A DNA stretch of 64,000 nucleotides from Myxococcota bacterium. GTDB taxonomy: Bacteria; Myxococcota_A; UBA796; CAJQPC01. The stretch spans positions 1 to 64,000 of the forward strand of contig JAZAMN010000039.1 of assembly GCA_036229005.1 (NCBI GenBank). The letters run 5' to 3'. The translations under genes were made by a program, and so were the position numbers. Shown piece after piece: positions 9,542 to 19,057 of the stretch. Within the stretch, counting starts at the first letter, position 1. Each line of letters begins with the position of its first letter. The notes under the pieces were generated by a model. It was given only the letters and a program-made list of their open reading frames with translations, was not told the DNA's origin and did not search any database.

Positions 9542-11062
9542 GTGACCCCAGGACTGCAGCTCGTCTGGTTCAAGCGCGACCTGCGCGTCCGTGACCACGC
9601 CCCGCTGGCCGAGGCCGCCCACCGCGGACCCACCCTGGGGCTCTACGCCTACGAGCCCAGCATCCTGGCCGAGCCCGACGCCGCCGCCGGTCAGCTCCAG
9701 TTCGTGAACCAGTGCCTGAGCGCGCTCCAGCAGGCCTTCTTGGAGCGGGGAGGGCGCCTGTTGGTGCTCGAAGGCGAGGTGGTTCACCTCCTGGACCGGC
9801 TGCACGCCCTGCTGCCCATCGACACCCTGTGGTCCCACGAGGAGACCGGTACGCTGGCCACCTACGCCCGCGACAAGGCGGTGGGGCGCTGGTGCCGCGA
9901 GCGGGGCGTGCGCTGGGTGGAGATCCCCCAGAACGGCGTGGTCCGTGTCCTCCGCGATCGAGACGGCTGGGCAGCGCAGTGGCACCGCCGTATGGAGCGC
10001 CCGCTGGTGCCGCCCCCCCAGCGCATCCACGCCCCCGAGCTCCCCCCGGAGGCCGGCTTGGGCCCCAGCGGGATCCGCGCGCCCAGCAGCTTGGGCCTCT
10101 CCGGCGAGCGACCCCAGGCCCAGCCCGGCGGCGAGCCCGTGGCCTGGGAGACCCTGCGCAGCTTCCTGCAGCAGCGCGGCGTGGACTACCAGCGGGCCAT
10201 GTCCAGCCCCAGCTCCGCCTGGGAGGGCTGCTCGCGCATCTCCCCGCACCTGGCCTGGGGCAGCCTCTCCATCCGCCAGGCCTTCCAGGCCACCCGGCGC
10301 CAGCAGGAGCGCATCCAGGCGGGCCTTCGCCGCGGTCGGGACCTGGATCCCCGCTGGCCCCGCAGCCTCCACGCCTTCCAGGAGCGCCTGCACTGGCACT
10401 GCCACTTCATGCAGAAGCTGGAGTCCGAGCCCACCCTGGAGCGCCGCCCCCAGAACCCCGCGTTCGCCGGGCTGCGCACCCCCAACCCCGGCCGCCTGGA
10501 GGCCTGGTCCCAGGGCCGCACCGGCTGGCCGCTGGTGGACGCCTGCATGCGCTGTCTGCACGCCACCGGGTGGATCAACTTTCGCATGCGCGCCATGCTG
10601 ATCTCCGTGGCCACCTTCCCCCTGTGGCTGCCCTGGCGGGAGCCGGGGCTTCACCTGGCGCGGCTCTTTGTGGACTACGAGCCCGGCATCCACTGGGCCC
10701 AGGTGCAGATGCAGGCCGGCGTCGCGGGCATCAACACCCTGCGGGTCTACAACCCCACCAAGCAGGCCCAGGAGCAGGACCCCGACGGCGCCTTCATCCG
10801 ACGCTGGGTCCCCGAGCTGGCCGCCCTGCCCACCCCCTGGATCCACCACCCCTGGGAGACCCCGCCGCTGCTCCAGCAGGCCTATGGCGTGGTGATCGGG
10901 CGGGACTACCCGGCGCCGCTGGTCGACCACGTGGCCGCCGCCAGGATCGCGCGGGAGCGGGTGCACGCGGTGAAGAGCAGCCCTCAGGCTCAGGAGCACA
11001 ACGCCCGGGTCCAGCGGCGCCACGGCTCTCGCAGGGGATCGCGGCGCCGGCGAGGTCACTGA
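9542..11062 (+). CDS. DNA photolyase/cryptochrome family protein
   Basis: [56 protein letters not shown] before GTG at 9542. Confidence 0.92.
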   Translation: MTPGLQLVWFKRDLRVRDHAPLAEAAHRGPTLGLYAYEPSILAEPDAAAGQLQFVNQCLSALQQAFLERGGRLLVLEGEVVHLLDRLHALLPIDTLWSHEETGTLATYARDKAVGRWCRERGVRWVEIPQNGVVRVLRDRDGWAAQWHRRMERPLVPPPQRIHAPELPPEAGLGPSGIRAPSSLGLSGERPQAQPGGEPVAWETLRSFLQQRGVDYQRAMSSPSSAWEGCSRISPHLAWGSLSIRQAFQATRRQQERIQAGLRRGRDLDPRWPRSLHAFQERLHWHCHFMQKLESEPTLERRPQNPAFAGLRTPNPGRLEAWSQGRTGWPLVDACMRCLHATGWINFRMRAMLISVATFPLWLPWREPGLHLARLFVDYEPGIHWAQVQMQAGVAGINTLRVYNPTKQAQEQDPDGAFIRRWVPELAALPTPWIHHPWETPPLLQQAYGVVIGRDYPAPLVDHVAAARIARERVHAVKSSPQAQEHNARVQRRHGSRRGSRRRRGH

Positions 11063-11176
11063 ATGGTGGACCGCCGGTGTCCGTCCAAGGAGCGGCGCGC
11101 GGCGGCTGAGATCCGGCCGGAGGCGCGCGTCCTTCCCGCTTGACACTTGCCACGTCAAGAGTTCAAGGTGCTGGTG

Positions 11177-11959
11177 ATGACCCCTGTTCTCCTCGCTGTG
11201 CTGGCCTGTGCTCCAGTGTTCCGCTACCCCGGCCCGACCCGGGGGGTGGGGAAGACAGCCTCGCCGACCCCCACCAGCACCTCGGGCCCCTGGTCAGGCG
11301 ATCCGGACCAGCGCGAGGCGGTGGCCTACTACGAGGCCCCCAAGCAGGCGGAGTCCGGCCAGGGCGAGCAGGACGAACCCAAGCCCCGGAAGCCCCGGCG
11401 CGGGCGCAAGGGGGACGGGGACAAGGTCGCCAAGGCCGCCGGCCACTACGTGGGCAAGAAGGTGATGAGCTGCGGCGGCGAGAGCTTCCGCTACGACTGC
11501 TCGGGTCTGGTCAACGTGGTGCACTACAAGGCGGGGATCGACCTGCGCGGGCTCAACAGCGACGGGCTCTGGTCCATGGCCCAGGAGCTGGGCGTGGACC
11601 ACAAGGGCCTGCCGGAGACGGGCGATGTGGTGTTCTTCGACAACACCTACGACCGCAACGGCAACGGGCGGCTGGACGACAAGCTGACCCACGTCGCGGT
11701 GGTCGAGTCGGTGGACGATGACGGCACCGTCCACCTGGTGCACAAGGGCTCCAAGGGCGTGGTCCGCATCGTGATGAACCCCGAGCACCCGGACCAGCGC
11801 CTGAGCCCCCAGGGCAAGGAATGGAACGACTGGCTGCGCGCCCGCAAGAAGGGCGACTCCAAGAGCACCCAGTACTTCTCCGGCCAGCTCTGGGTGGGCA
11901 GCGCCAGCTTCTGGGCGGCGCCTGAGCTGCAGGTCGGGCAGGCGATCGCGTGGGAGTGA
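11177..11959 (+). CDS. NlpC/P60 (CHAP-like) cell-wall peptidase lipoprotein
   Basis: LAVLAC lipobox, DCSGLV, GDVVFF, THVAVV. Confidence 0.85.
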   Translation: MTPVLLAVLACAPVFRYPGPTRGVGKTASPTPTSTSGPWSGDPDQREAVAYYEAPKQAESGQGEQDEPKPRKPRRGRKGDGDKVAKAAGHYVGKKVMSCGGESFRYDCSGLVNVVHYKAGIDLRGLNSDGLWSMAQELGVDHKGLPETGDVVFFDNTYDRNGNGRLDDKLTHVAVVESVDDDGTVHLVHKGSKGVVRIVMNPEHPDQRLSPQGKEWNDWLRARKKGDSKSTQYFSGQLWVGSASFWAAPELQVGQAIAWE

Positions 11960-12546
11960 GCGTGCTGCTGCTGAATCTTCTGGGCTGCATGGCCCTGGCC
12001 GACATCTCCGGGGGCGCGGTGGTCCCCATGGGCAAGCCCGAGGACGCCGCGGTCGCCGTGGACCTGCGCTACGACCCCTTCTCGGTGGACAACAGCCTCC
12101 GCCACGAGCAGTGGGAGTACCCCGTGGTCGTGGGGACCAGCCTGCGCAGCAAGTACGCCCAGGACTTCACCAGCTTCGCGCTGGGCCCGGAGGCCTGCAT
12201 CGGCGCCGTGCGACCCCAGGCGCGGGTGCTGCCGGTGCTGTGCGCGGGGAGCTCGGTGGTTCAGCTCGAGTGGATGGACCAGAGCTTCGTGCCGGGCATC
12301 GGAAGCCCCTACATCGAGCCGGCGGTGGGGCTCCGCTACGGGGACAAGACCGCGCCCAAGTGGCTGCGGAACGCGCCCCGGACGGTGATCCTCTCCGCGC
12401 AGCTTGAGTACATGACCCGCTTCGGCGAGCCCAACGTGCCCTACCTGGGGGTGCAGGTGGGCGTGGGGCCCTGGCTCTGGATGCACTCGGAGGACGCAGA
12501 GCGCGCCCTGCAGGAGTGCGTGGGCCCCTGCACGGCCTCATTCTGA
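11956..12546 (+). CDS. Hypothetical lipoprotein / outer-membrane protein
   Basis: GTGA overlap with the previous stop; MSVLLLNLLGC. Confidence 0.6.
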   Translation: MSVLLLNLLGCMALADISGGAVVPMGKPEDAAVAVDLRYDPFSVDNSLRHEQWEYPVVVGTSLRSKYAQDFTSFALGPEACIGAVRPQARVLPVLCAGSSVVQLEWMDQSFVPGIGSPYIEPAVGLRYGDKTAPKWLRNAPRTVILSAQLEYMTRFGEPNVPYLGVQVGVGPWLWMHSEDAERALQECVGPCTASF

Positions 12547-12646
12547 GGGGCGCTCCGGAGACCGTCCGTTGAAGGCTGGATATCGGCCTTAAGGTTTCTG
12601 CATCGGGCGGCCGTCTACGTTGTCTGCTCCCAGTCAGGAGAAGCAC

Positions 12647-13477
12647 GTGAGCAAGCACGAGATCGATCGCCGTCAGGCCTTGGGGGCATTGGTAGGCGCC
12701 GCCGCCGCCCTGTCCATGGGGGGCGCCCTGGTCGCCTGCACAAAGGACGGCGGGTCCGACAGCGCCGGCGTCGGGGACAGCACCCTGGGAGACACCGGAG
12801 AGGCCTCGCTGGCCGACGGGGAGTGGCTCAACGGGACCACCGCCCTGCTGGGCGCTGCCTACGCGGTGGACTTCTCCGAGGAGTGCAGCCAGTACTGCGA
12901 GGTCACCCTGGGCCCCTGCTACGCCGAGACCCTGGAGCGTCAGGACATCTCCGAGGACGTGGAGGGCCTGCCCGCCCGCCTGGCCATCAAGGTCGTGGAC
13001 AGCGACTGCAACCCGGTGGCCGGCGCCGTCGTGGACATCTGGCACTGCGCCCCCAGCGGCCTCTACTCCGGCAGCGACGCGGCCAACATGTGCACCGACG
13101 GGGACTCGGAGGCCACCGCCAGCCGCTGGTTCCGCGGGACCCAGACCACCGACGCCGACGGGGTCGTGGAGTTCGACACCTGCATGCCCGGCTGGTACCC
13201 GAGCCGCGCTGTGCACATCCACTTCCAGGTGCGCCTGGACGGGCAGGAGTACGTCACCTCCCAGGCCGGCTTCCCGGAGGCCCTGCTGGAGGACGTGTTC
13301 GACAACCACCCGGTCTACAGCCCCTACGGTCAGCCCGACACGCCCAACGATCGGGACAACATCCTGAGCAAGGATCTGGACGCCTTCCTGTTCTCCTGGC
13401 GGCGCGCGGACGACGGCGCGCTGGTCCTGTGGAAGACTGTGGGCATCCGCAGCTCCCTCTCCGAATCAAGCTGCTGA
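12647..13477 (+). CDS. Tat-exported intradiol ring-cleavage dioxygenase-like lipoprotein
   Basis: AGGAG RBS, DRRQAL Tat motif plus LVAC. VDIWHC, GLYSG, RGTQTTD, PGWYPSRAVHIH. Confidence 0.85.
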   Translation: MSKHEIDRRQALGALVGAAAALSMGGALVACTKDGGSDSAGVGDSTLGDTGEASLADGEWLNGTTALLGAAYAVDFSEECSQYCEVTLGPCYAETLERQDISEDVEGLPARLAIKVVDSDCNPVAGAVVDIWHCAPSGLYSGSDAANMCTDGDSEATASRWFRGTQTTDADGVVEFDTCMPGWYPSRAVHIHFQVRLDGQEYVTSQAGFPEALLEDVFDNHPVYSPYGQPDTPNDRDNILSKDLDAFLFSWRRADDGALVLWKTVGIRSSLSESSC

Positions 13478-13486
13478 GGAGCCGCC

Positions 13487-14158
13487 ATGGCAAGCGTACT
13501 TCTGGTCGAAGACGACCACGCCCTGGGCGCCCAGGTCCGTGGCCACCTGGAGTCCCTGGACCTGGAGGTCACCTGGTGGACCCTGGGCCATGACATCCAC
13601 CCCGACATGCCCCCCGAGGTCGACCTGGTCATCCTGGACCTGATGCTCCCGGAGCGCTCCGGGTTCGAGGTCCTGCGCCAGCTCCGCGCCTGCTCCGACG
13701 TGCCCGTCATCGTGCTCAGCGCCCGCGACGGCAGCGAGGACAAGGTCCAGGCCCTGCGCCTGGGCGCCGACGACTACATGACCAAGCCCTTCTACCCGGA
13801 GGAGCTCAAGGAGCGCGTGCGGGCCCGCTTGCGCCGCCCTGTCCTCGCTCGGGACGCCCGCGTACAGCTTGGGGATCTGGAGATGGATCTGGAGCGGCGG
13901 GAGGTCTGGTCCAGCAGCGCCCCGGTCTCTCTCACCCCCGCCGAATACAACATCCTGGCGGCCTTGGTGCGCAGGCCCGGCGTGGCCGTGACCCGCAAGT
14001 GGCTGTGCGCCAACGTCCTGGACCCAGACCGGGAGCCCAGCGAGCGCACCCTGGACGTGCACGTGTCCCGCCTGCGCAAGAAGCTCGGCAAGGGCATGGT
14101 CGAGACCGTCTGGGGCGTGGGGTACCGCCTCCACGGAGACCGGGTGGGTCTGGCTTGA
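13487..14158 (+). CDS. OmpR/PhoB family response regulator
   Basis: LVEDD, LDLMLP, ADDYMTKPF, winged helix DVHVSRLRKKL...VWGVGY. Confidence 0.95.
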   Translation: MASVLLVEDDHALGAQVRGHLESLDLEVTWWTLGHDIHPDMPPEVDLVILDLMLPERSGFEVLRQLRACSDVPVIVLSARDGSEDKVQALRLGADDYMTKPFYPEELKERVRARLRRPVLARDARVQLGDLEMDLERREVWSSSAPVSLTPAEYNILAALVRRPGVAVTRKWLCANVLDPDREPSERTLDVHVSRLRKKLGKGMVETVWGVGYRLHGDRVGLA

Positions 14159-15594
14159 GGCTACGCACGCGCATCCTGGCGGTGTCCGCCACGGTCGCCA
14201 TCCCCATGCTCCTGGGGCTTGTCGTCTGGGACAGCCACTCCCGCCGGGATGCCGCCGCTGCAGCGCTGGCCTCCATGCTGGAGCGCACCACCTCCGAGCA
14301 GGGCGCGCAGGCCCGCTGCGAAGCCGATCCAGAGGGCTGGGGCGTGGGTGGTCCGCGTGAGCCGGGGCCGCCTCCCAGTCAGGGACCTGCTGCGGTCGCT
14401 CCGATGGGTGGTCCCCCCTCTGGCCCAGGGGGAGAGCCTCCGGAGGGCTTTTCGGGGAGGCCCTGGCGTGGTCCACCAATAGGGCTCAACCTCGACGGCA
14501 TCGAGGCCCCTCAGATCGTCGTGGTGCCTCTGGACGCCAGCGAGGACACGCTCCCGCCGGATCTGGTGGTCGGCCTCCCGCAGCTCGAGCGCAGCCCCTT
14601 CTGGGAGAACGACCTGCGCGTCTGGATGGCGACGGGGTGGGTGGGTCCCTGCGCGGTCGTCCGCATCGAGGGCAACACCGTCCCCGGCTTCATGGGCAGC
14701 GTGCTCCCGGCCAGCCCCGTGTGGTTGCTGCCGCCCCTGGTCCTGCTGGCCGTGCTCTGGTTCGCGGTGGGGCCGCCCGTGCGCCGCATTCAGCAGCTCA
14801 CGGACTCGGTGCGTGAGGGCGAAGACCCCATCCCGGTGCAGGGCGACGACGAGCTCGGTGAGCTCGCCCGGGCCTTTGAGACCAGCGCCCGCCAGCTCCG
14901 CGAGCAGGTGGCCCGGACCGAGAACCGGGAGCAGGCCCTGCGGGACTTCGTGGCCAACACCGCGCACGACGTCCGCATCCCCCTGACCGTGCTGATCGGG
15001 CACCTCAGCGAGCTCGAGCAGCGCGGAGACGCCGAGCTGGTGGGCCGCGCGCCGGGGGAGGCCCACTACCTGGGTGCGCTCCTGTCCAACCTGGCCTCGC
15101 ATACGCGCCTGGAGGGCCCAGCGCCCTTCACGGAGGTGGATCTCGAGGGGGTGATCCAGCGGGTGGTGTTGCGCCACCAGCCCCTCGCTCGCCGACGGGA
15201 CATTCAGATCCACTGGGGTGGCAGCGCGGAGGATGCGCAGGTGCAGGGAGAGCTCACGCTCATCGAGCAGGCCCTGTCCAACCTCGTCTACAACGCGGTG
15301 CGCTACAACCACAGCGGCGGCCACGTGGCCGTGACCGTAGACGAGGACGACGGCGGCGGCTGGCTGCTCTCGGTGGAAGATGACGGCCCGGGCGTGCCCC
15401 CCGAGAACCTGGCGCGGCTCACGGAGCGGGGCTTCCGGGGCAAGCAGGGGCTGCGGCGGGAGGGCGAGGGCTCCCAGGGGCTGGGCCTGAGCATCGTCGC
15501 GCGCGTGGCCGAGCTGCACGGCTGGAGCCTGGAGCTGGGCGCGGGCAGCGAAGGCGGTCTGCGGGCTGTCATGCGCATCCCGGCGCAGGCCTGA
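14155..15594 (+). CDS. HAMP-domain sensor histidine kinase
   Basis: TTGA overlap, two TM segments, HAMP DELGELA, AHDVRIPL H-box, NLVYNA, DDGPG, GLGL. Confidence 0.9.
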   Translation: MRLRTRILAVSATVAIPMLLGLVVWDSHSRRDAAAAALASMLERTTSEQGAQARCEADPEGWGVGGPREPGPPPSQGPAAVAPMGGPPSGPGGEPPEGFSGRPWRGPPIGLNLDGIEAPQIVVVPLDASEDTLPPDLVVGLPQLERSPFWENDLRVWMATGWVGPCAVVRIEGNTVPGFMGSVLPASPVWLLPPLVLLAVLWFAVGPPVRRIQQLTDSVREGEDPIPVQGDDELGELARAFETSARQLREQVARTENREQALRDFVANTAHDVRIPLTVLIGHLSELEQRGDAELVGRAPGEAHYLGALLSNLASHTRLEGPAPFTEVDLEGVIQRVVLRHQPLARRRDIQIHWGGSAEDAQVQGELTLIEQALSNLVYNAVRYNHSGGHVAVTVDEDDGGGWLLSVEDDGPGVPPENLARLTERGFRGKQGLRREGEGSQGLGLSIVARVAELHGWSLELGAGSEGGLRAVMRIPAQA

Positions 15595-15599
15595 TCCTC

Positions 15600-15655
15600 C
15601 CTCCCAGCAGGTTCAGACTCTCTCAACATCGGGGAGCTAACTTGAGTCTGGGAGG
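15600..15655 (+). promoter_or_regulatory. Candidate RBS-sequestering RNA hairpin
   Basis: CCTCC...CAGACTC pairs with GAGTCTG-GGAGG, which includes the SD of the gene starting at 15658. Confidence 0.35.
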
Positions 15656-15657
15656 TC

Positions 15658-16269
15658 GTGGTGCGAGAGAATCTGCTCTGGAAGCTTGCGACCGTCGTCG
15701 CCTGCCTGGGCTGGCTGGGAACCTGGGTCTGGCATGGCGATGATGTGTCCCCGGAGCCCTCTCCGACTGTGGTGTCCACGACCTCCCACTCCCCCGCCCC
15801 CCAGGCCCCCGCCACCGTCGTGCGGCAGGTCGTCCGGGAGCGGGTGGAGGACACCGGTGCGCCCGCCAGGGCCGCCATCGACCCCGAGCAGGCCGCCCAG
15901 GACCCTGAGGTCATGGAGATCGCCCGCGAGCAGGTGATGGCGGAGATGCGCGCTGCTCGGGAGGAGCACCAGGAGCAGCGCTTCCAGGAGCGCCTGGACG
16001 ACCTGGAGGCCTTCGCCGACGAGTATGGGCTGAGCAGCGATCAGCGCAGCGCGCTGGTTCAGGCGTTTCGGAACCTGGAACAGACCCTGGAACAGGCCCA
16101 TGAGCGCCGCCAGGAGAGCGAGGACGCCCGGCCCGGTCCCCCTGACCGCGAGGACATGGACGCGGCCTTCGCGACCTTCGAGGGCGAGATCGAAGAGCAG
16201 CTCGGCAGCGATCTCAGCCAGGAGCTCCGGGAGTGGATGCGGCCCGAGGGTGGCCCTCCGCCCCTGTGA
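15658..16269 (+). CDS. Hypothetical membrane-anchored helical periplasmic protein
   Basis: GGAGG RBS, N-terminal TM, charged helical body. Confidence 0.7.
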   Translation: MVRENLLWKLATVVACLGWLGTWVWHGDDVSPEPSPTVVSTTSHSPAPQAPATVVRQVVRERVEDTGAPARAAIDPEQAAQDPEVMEIAREQVMAEMRAAREEHQEQRFQERLDDLEAFADEYGLSSDQRSALVQAFRNLEQTLEQAHERRQESEDARPGPPDREDMDAAFATFEGEIEEQLGSDLSQELREWMRPEGGPPPL

Positions 16270-16369
16270 ATCGCTGATCCAGCGCAGGTCTGCGGCGATG
16301 GCGCGTTTCAGCCGCTGCAACGCCACGGCAGGGGACTAAGACATTTCAGGATCTCACCTGGAGTGCCCC

Positions 16370-17596
16370 ATGAAACGCATCCTGGTCCTGGGCGGTGGCA
16401 CCGCCGGCAGCATGATGGCCAACAAGCTGGTCAAGCGCCTGGGCGCGGACTGGACCGTGACGGTCATCGACCGCGACGACGTGCACCTCTACCAGCCCGG
16501 CTTCCTGTTCATCCCCTTTGGGGACTACAGCCCGGAGGAGGTCCAGCGCTCCCGCAAGAGCCTGCTGGACGAGCGGGTGGAGTTGCGCTTGTGTGGCGCC
16601 AGGCGGGTCGAGCCGGACAACAACAGGGTCTACCTGGGGGACGGCAGCGTCCTGGACTACACGGTGCTCATCGTCGCCACCGGCACGCGGCTGGTCCCGG
16701 AGAACACCGAGGGCCTGACGGGCGTGGGTTGGCAGCAGAGCGCGTTCGACTTCTACACGCTGGACGGATCGACGCGCCTCGCCGCCGCCCTGGAGCGCTT
16801 TGAGGGTGGAAGGCTACTGGTGAACGTGGTGGAGAACCCCATCAAGTGCCCCGTGGCACCTCTTGAGTTCCTCTTCCTGGCGGAGTCCTGGCTGCGCAAG
16901 CGGGGACTGCGGGACAAGACCGAGCTGGTCTACGCCACGCCTCTGCCCGGCGCCTTCACCAAGCCCCGCTCCAGCGCCGTGCTGGGCGGCATGATGGAGG
17001 AGAAGGGGATCCGGGTCCAGGCGGAGTTCGCCGCTGCATCGGTGGACGGAGAGCGCGGCGTGCTCACCGCCTTTGACGGCCGCCAGGAGGACTACGACCT
17101 GCTGGTCACCGTGCCCTCCCACGCGGGCGACGAGCTGGTCTCCGACTCCGGCATGGGCGACTACGCGGGCTTCCTGCCCACCCACAAGCACAGCCTGCAG
17201 TCCAAGGCCTTCGAGAACGTGTTCGCGATCGGTGACTGCACGGACCTGCCGGCCTCCAAGGCGGGCGCGGTGGCGCACTTCCAGGGCGAGGTGCTGATCG
17301 AGAACGTGCTGCGCTACATCGAGCAGCTCCCCCTGCTGGAGACCTTCGACGGCCACGCCAACTGCTTCATCGAGTCCGGCGACGGCAAGGCCCTGTTGAT
17401 CGACTTCAACTACGACACCGAGCCCCTGCCGGGGCGCTTCCCCCTCCCGGGCATCGGCCCCTTCACGCTGCTGGAGGAGAGCCACGTGAACCACTGGGGC
17501 AAGCTGGGCTTCAAGTGGGTGTACTGGAACATGCTGGTCAAGGGGGAAGAGCTGCCCCTGGACCACCGCATGCTCATGGCTGGCAAGTGGAGCTGA
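16370..17596 (+). CDS. sqr: Sulfide:quinone oxidoreductase (type III-like)
   Basis: GGGTAG FAD-binding motif, HLYQPG, IKCPVAPLE, AIGD, HANCFIESG. Confidence 0.88.
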   Translation: MKRILVLGGGTAGSMMANKLVKRLGADWTVTVIDRDDVHLYQPGFLFIPFGDYSPEEVQRSRKSLLDERVELRLCGARRVEPDNNRVYLGDGSVLDYTVLIVATGTRLVPENTEGLTGVGWQQSAFDFYTLDGSTRLAAALERFEGGRLLVNVVENPIKCPVAPLEFLFLAESWLRKRGLRDKTELVYATPLPGAFTKPRSSAVLGGMMEEKGIRVQAEFAAASVDGERGVLTAFDGRQEDYDLLVTVPSHAGDELVSDSGMGDYAGFLPTHKHSLQSKAFENVFAIGDCTDLPASKAGAVAHFQGEVLIENVLRYIEQLPLLETFDGHANCFIESGDGKALLIDFNYDTEPLPGRFPLPGIGPFTLLEESHVNHWGKLGFKWVYWNMLVKGEELPLDHRMLMAGKWS

Positions 17597-17598
17597 TC

Positions 17599-18558
17599 AT
17601 GGACAACGCACAGGAACTGCAGGCCAAGGTCGAGCGCCTGGAAGACAAGGTCGACCGGCTCACCGGGCTGGTCGAGAAGCTGGTCGAGCGCAACGAGCGT
17701 CAGTCCGAGATGATCGACGAGGCCATGCCCATCGCGAAGGAGGTGATGGACTGGGCCACCGTCAAGCTGGACGACGCCGAGAAGGCGGGCTGGTTCGCGC
17801 TCTCCCGGGAGGCCTTTGGCGTGGTCGAGGCGGTCGTCGAGGCCTACGAGCCCGAAGACGTCCGGGCCCTCGGGGACTCCATGGTCACCATCCTGGAGGC
17901 CGTGCGCAGCTTCACCCAGCCAGAGGTGATGGCGATGTTGGCCGAAGCCGGCGAGGTGATCCAACACGGTGACGAGCTGGAGCCCGTCACCCCTCTGGAG
18001 GTCGTCAAGGCCGGTAGGGATCCCGAGGTCCAGCGAGGACTGGCTGTGATGGTCGAGGTCCTGCGCCAGGTGGGCCGGGCCACCAAGACCATGCACCCCG
18101 AGCGGCAGGACGACGGCGGCAAGGCACGCCGAAAGCGCCTGCTGAACCGCCGCAGCGCCCCCACCGGTGGCTACCGCAGCATGGCGACCCGGCCGCCGGT
18201 CGAGGCCGTCAAGTCGGCGGCGCCTGCGCCCAAGCCCGCTGCGCCCTCTCAGGTCATCGAGCTGCCCGGCTTCGAGCTGGATGGAGAGGGCTACCTGGCC
18301 GACCCCGGCTCCTGGTCGCGGGAGTACGCCGCCGCGATGGCCGCGGCGATGGGGGTTCCGGAGCTGGGCGAGGGCCACTGGAAGGTCATCGAGTACGCCC
18401 GCAGCCGCTGGCAGGAGACGGGCTCCAGCCCCAACATCCGGGCCATCACCGTGGGCGCCGGGATCTCCACCAAGGAGCTCTACGCGCTCTTCCCCGTGGC
18501 TCCGGGAACCACCACCGCCCGGGTCGCGGGCATCCCCAAGCCTGTGGGCTGCATCTGA
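17599..18558 (+). CDS. DUF1641-like domain fused to a TusE/DsrC sulfur relay domain
   Basis: N-terminal RDPEVQRGLA (DUF1641-like). C-terminal LDGEGYL..WS..HWKVI..LYALFP..AGIPKPVGCI with penultimate Cys. Confidence 0.8.
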   Translation: MDNAQELQAKVERLEDKVDRLTGLVEKLVERNERQSEMIDEAMPIAKEVMDWATVKLDDAEKAGWFALSREAFGVVEAVVEAYEPEDVRALGDSMVTILEAVRSFTQPEVMAMLAEAGEVIQHGDELEPVTPLEVVKAGRDPEVQRGLAVMVEVLRQVGRATKTMHPERQDDGGKARRKRLLNRRSAPTGGYRSMATRPPVEAVKSAAPAPKPAAPSQVIELPGFELDGEGYLADPGSWSREYAAAMAAAMGVPELGEGHWKVIEYARSRWQETGSSPNIRAITVGAGISTKELYALFPVAPGTTTARVAGIPKPVGCI

Positions 18559-18570
18559 GAGGAGTCGGAC

Positions 18571-19032
18571 ATGTCCACCAAGAAGATCTGCATCATCGTG
18601 TCTCGCGGCGGCCTGGACGAGGTCTACCCCGCCTACATCCTGGCCAACGGCGCCCGCCAGTCCGGCATGGAGGCCACCCTGTTCTTCACCTTCTACGGCC
18701 TGAACGCCGTGACCGAGAAGAAGGTGGACCACCTGCACGTCAACATGGCCGGCAACGCCGCCAGCCCCATGCCCACCGTGATGATGGGCCTGCCGGGCAT
18801 GGAAACCGTGGCCGCCAAGATGATGCAGTCCAAGATGGAGGACCTGGACATCCCCGGTCCCCGGGAGTTCCTGGAGATCCTGGACGAGTCGGGCGTCGAG
18901 ATGTACGGCTGCCTGCTGGCCATGGAGATGTTCGGCATGGACAAGAAGGACCTGGTCCCGCAGGTCAAGGATGTCATCACCGTCGGCGACTTCTACGCCA
19001 TGGCCGACGACGCCCAGGTGCTGTTCACCTGA
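18571..19032 (+). CDS. DsrE/DsrF/DrsH-like (DsrE2) sulfur transferase
   Basis: GAGGAG RBS, LFFTFYGL, YGCLLAMEMFG, AQVLFT. Confidence 0.88.
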   Translation: MSTKKICIIVSRGGLDEVYPAYILANGARQSGMEATLFFTFYGLNAVTEKKVDHLHVNMAGNAASPMPTVMMGLPGMETVAAKMMQSKMEDLDIPGPREFLEILDESGVEMYGCLLAMEMFGMDKKDLVPQVKDVITVGDFYAMADDAQVLFT

Positions 19033-19057
19033 GCGCGCAGCGGAGGCCCCCCAGCGC

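Noticed and set aside
13472..13489. Cys-TGA at the dioxygenase end, in frame with the response regulator (possible Sec or read-through fusion)
   Set aside because: The spacer is a plain GAGGAG RBS, no SECIS-like hairpin was seen, and fusing an exported protein to a cytoplasmic regulator is implausible.
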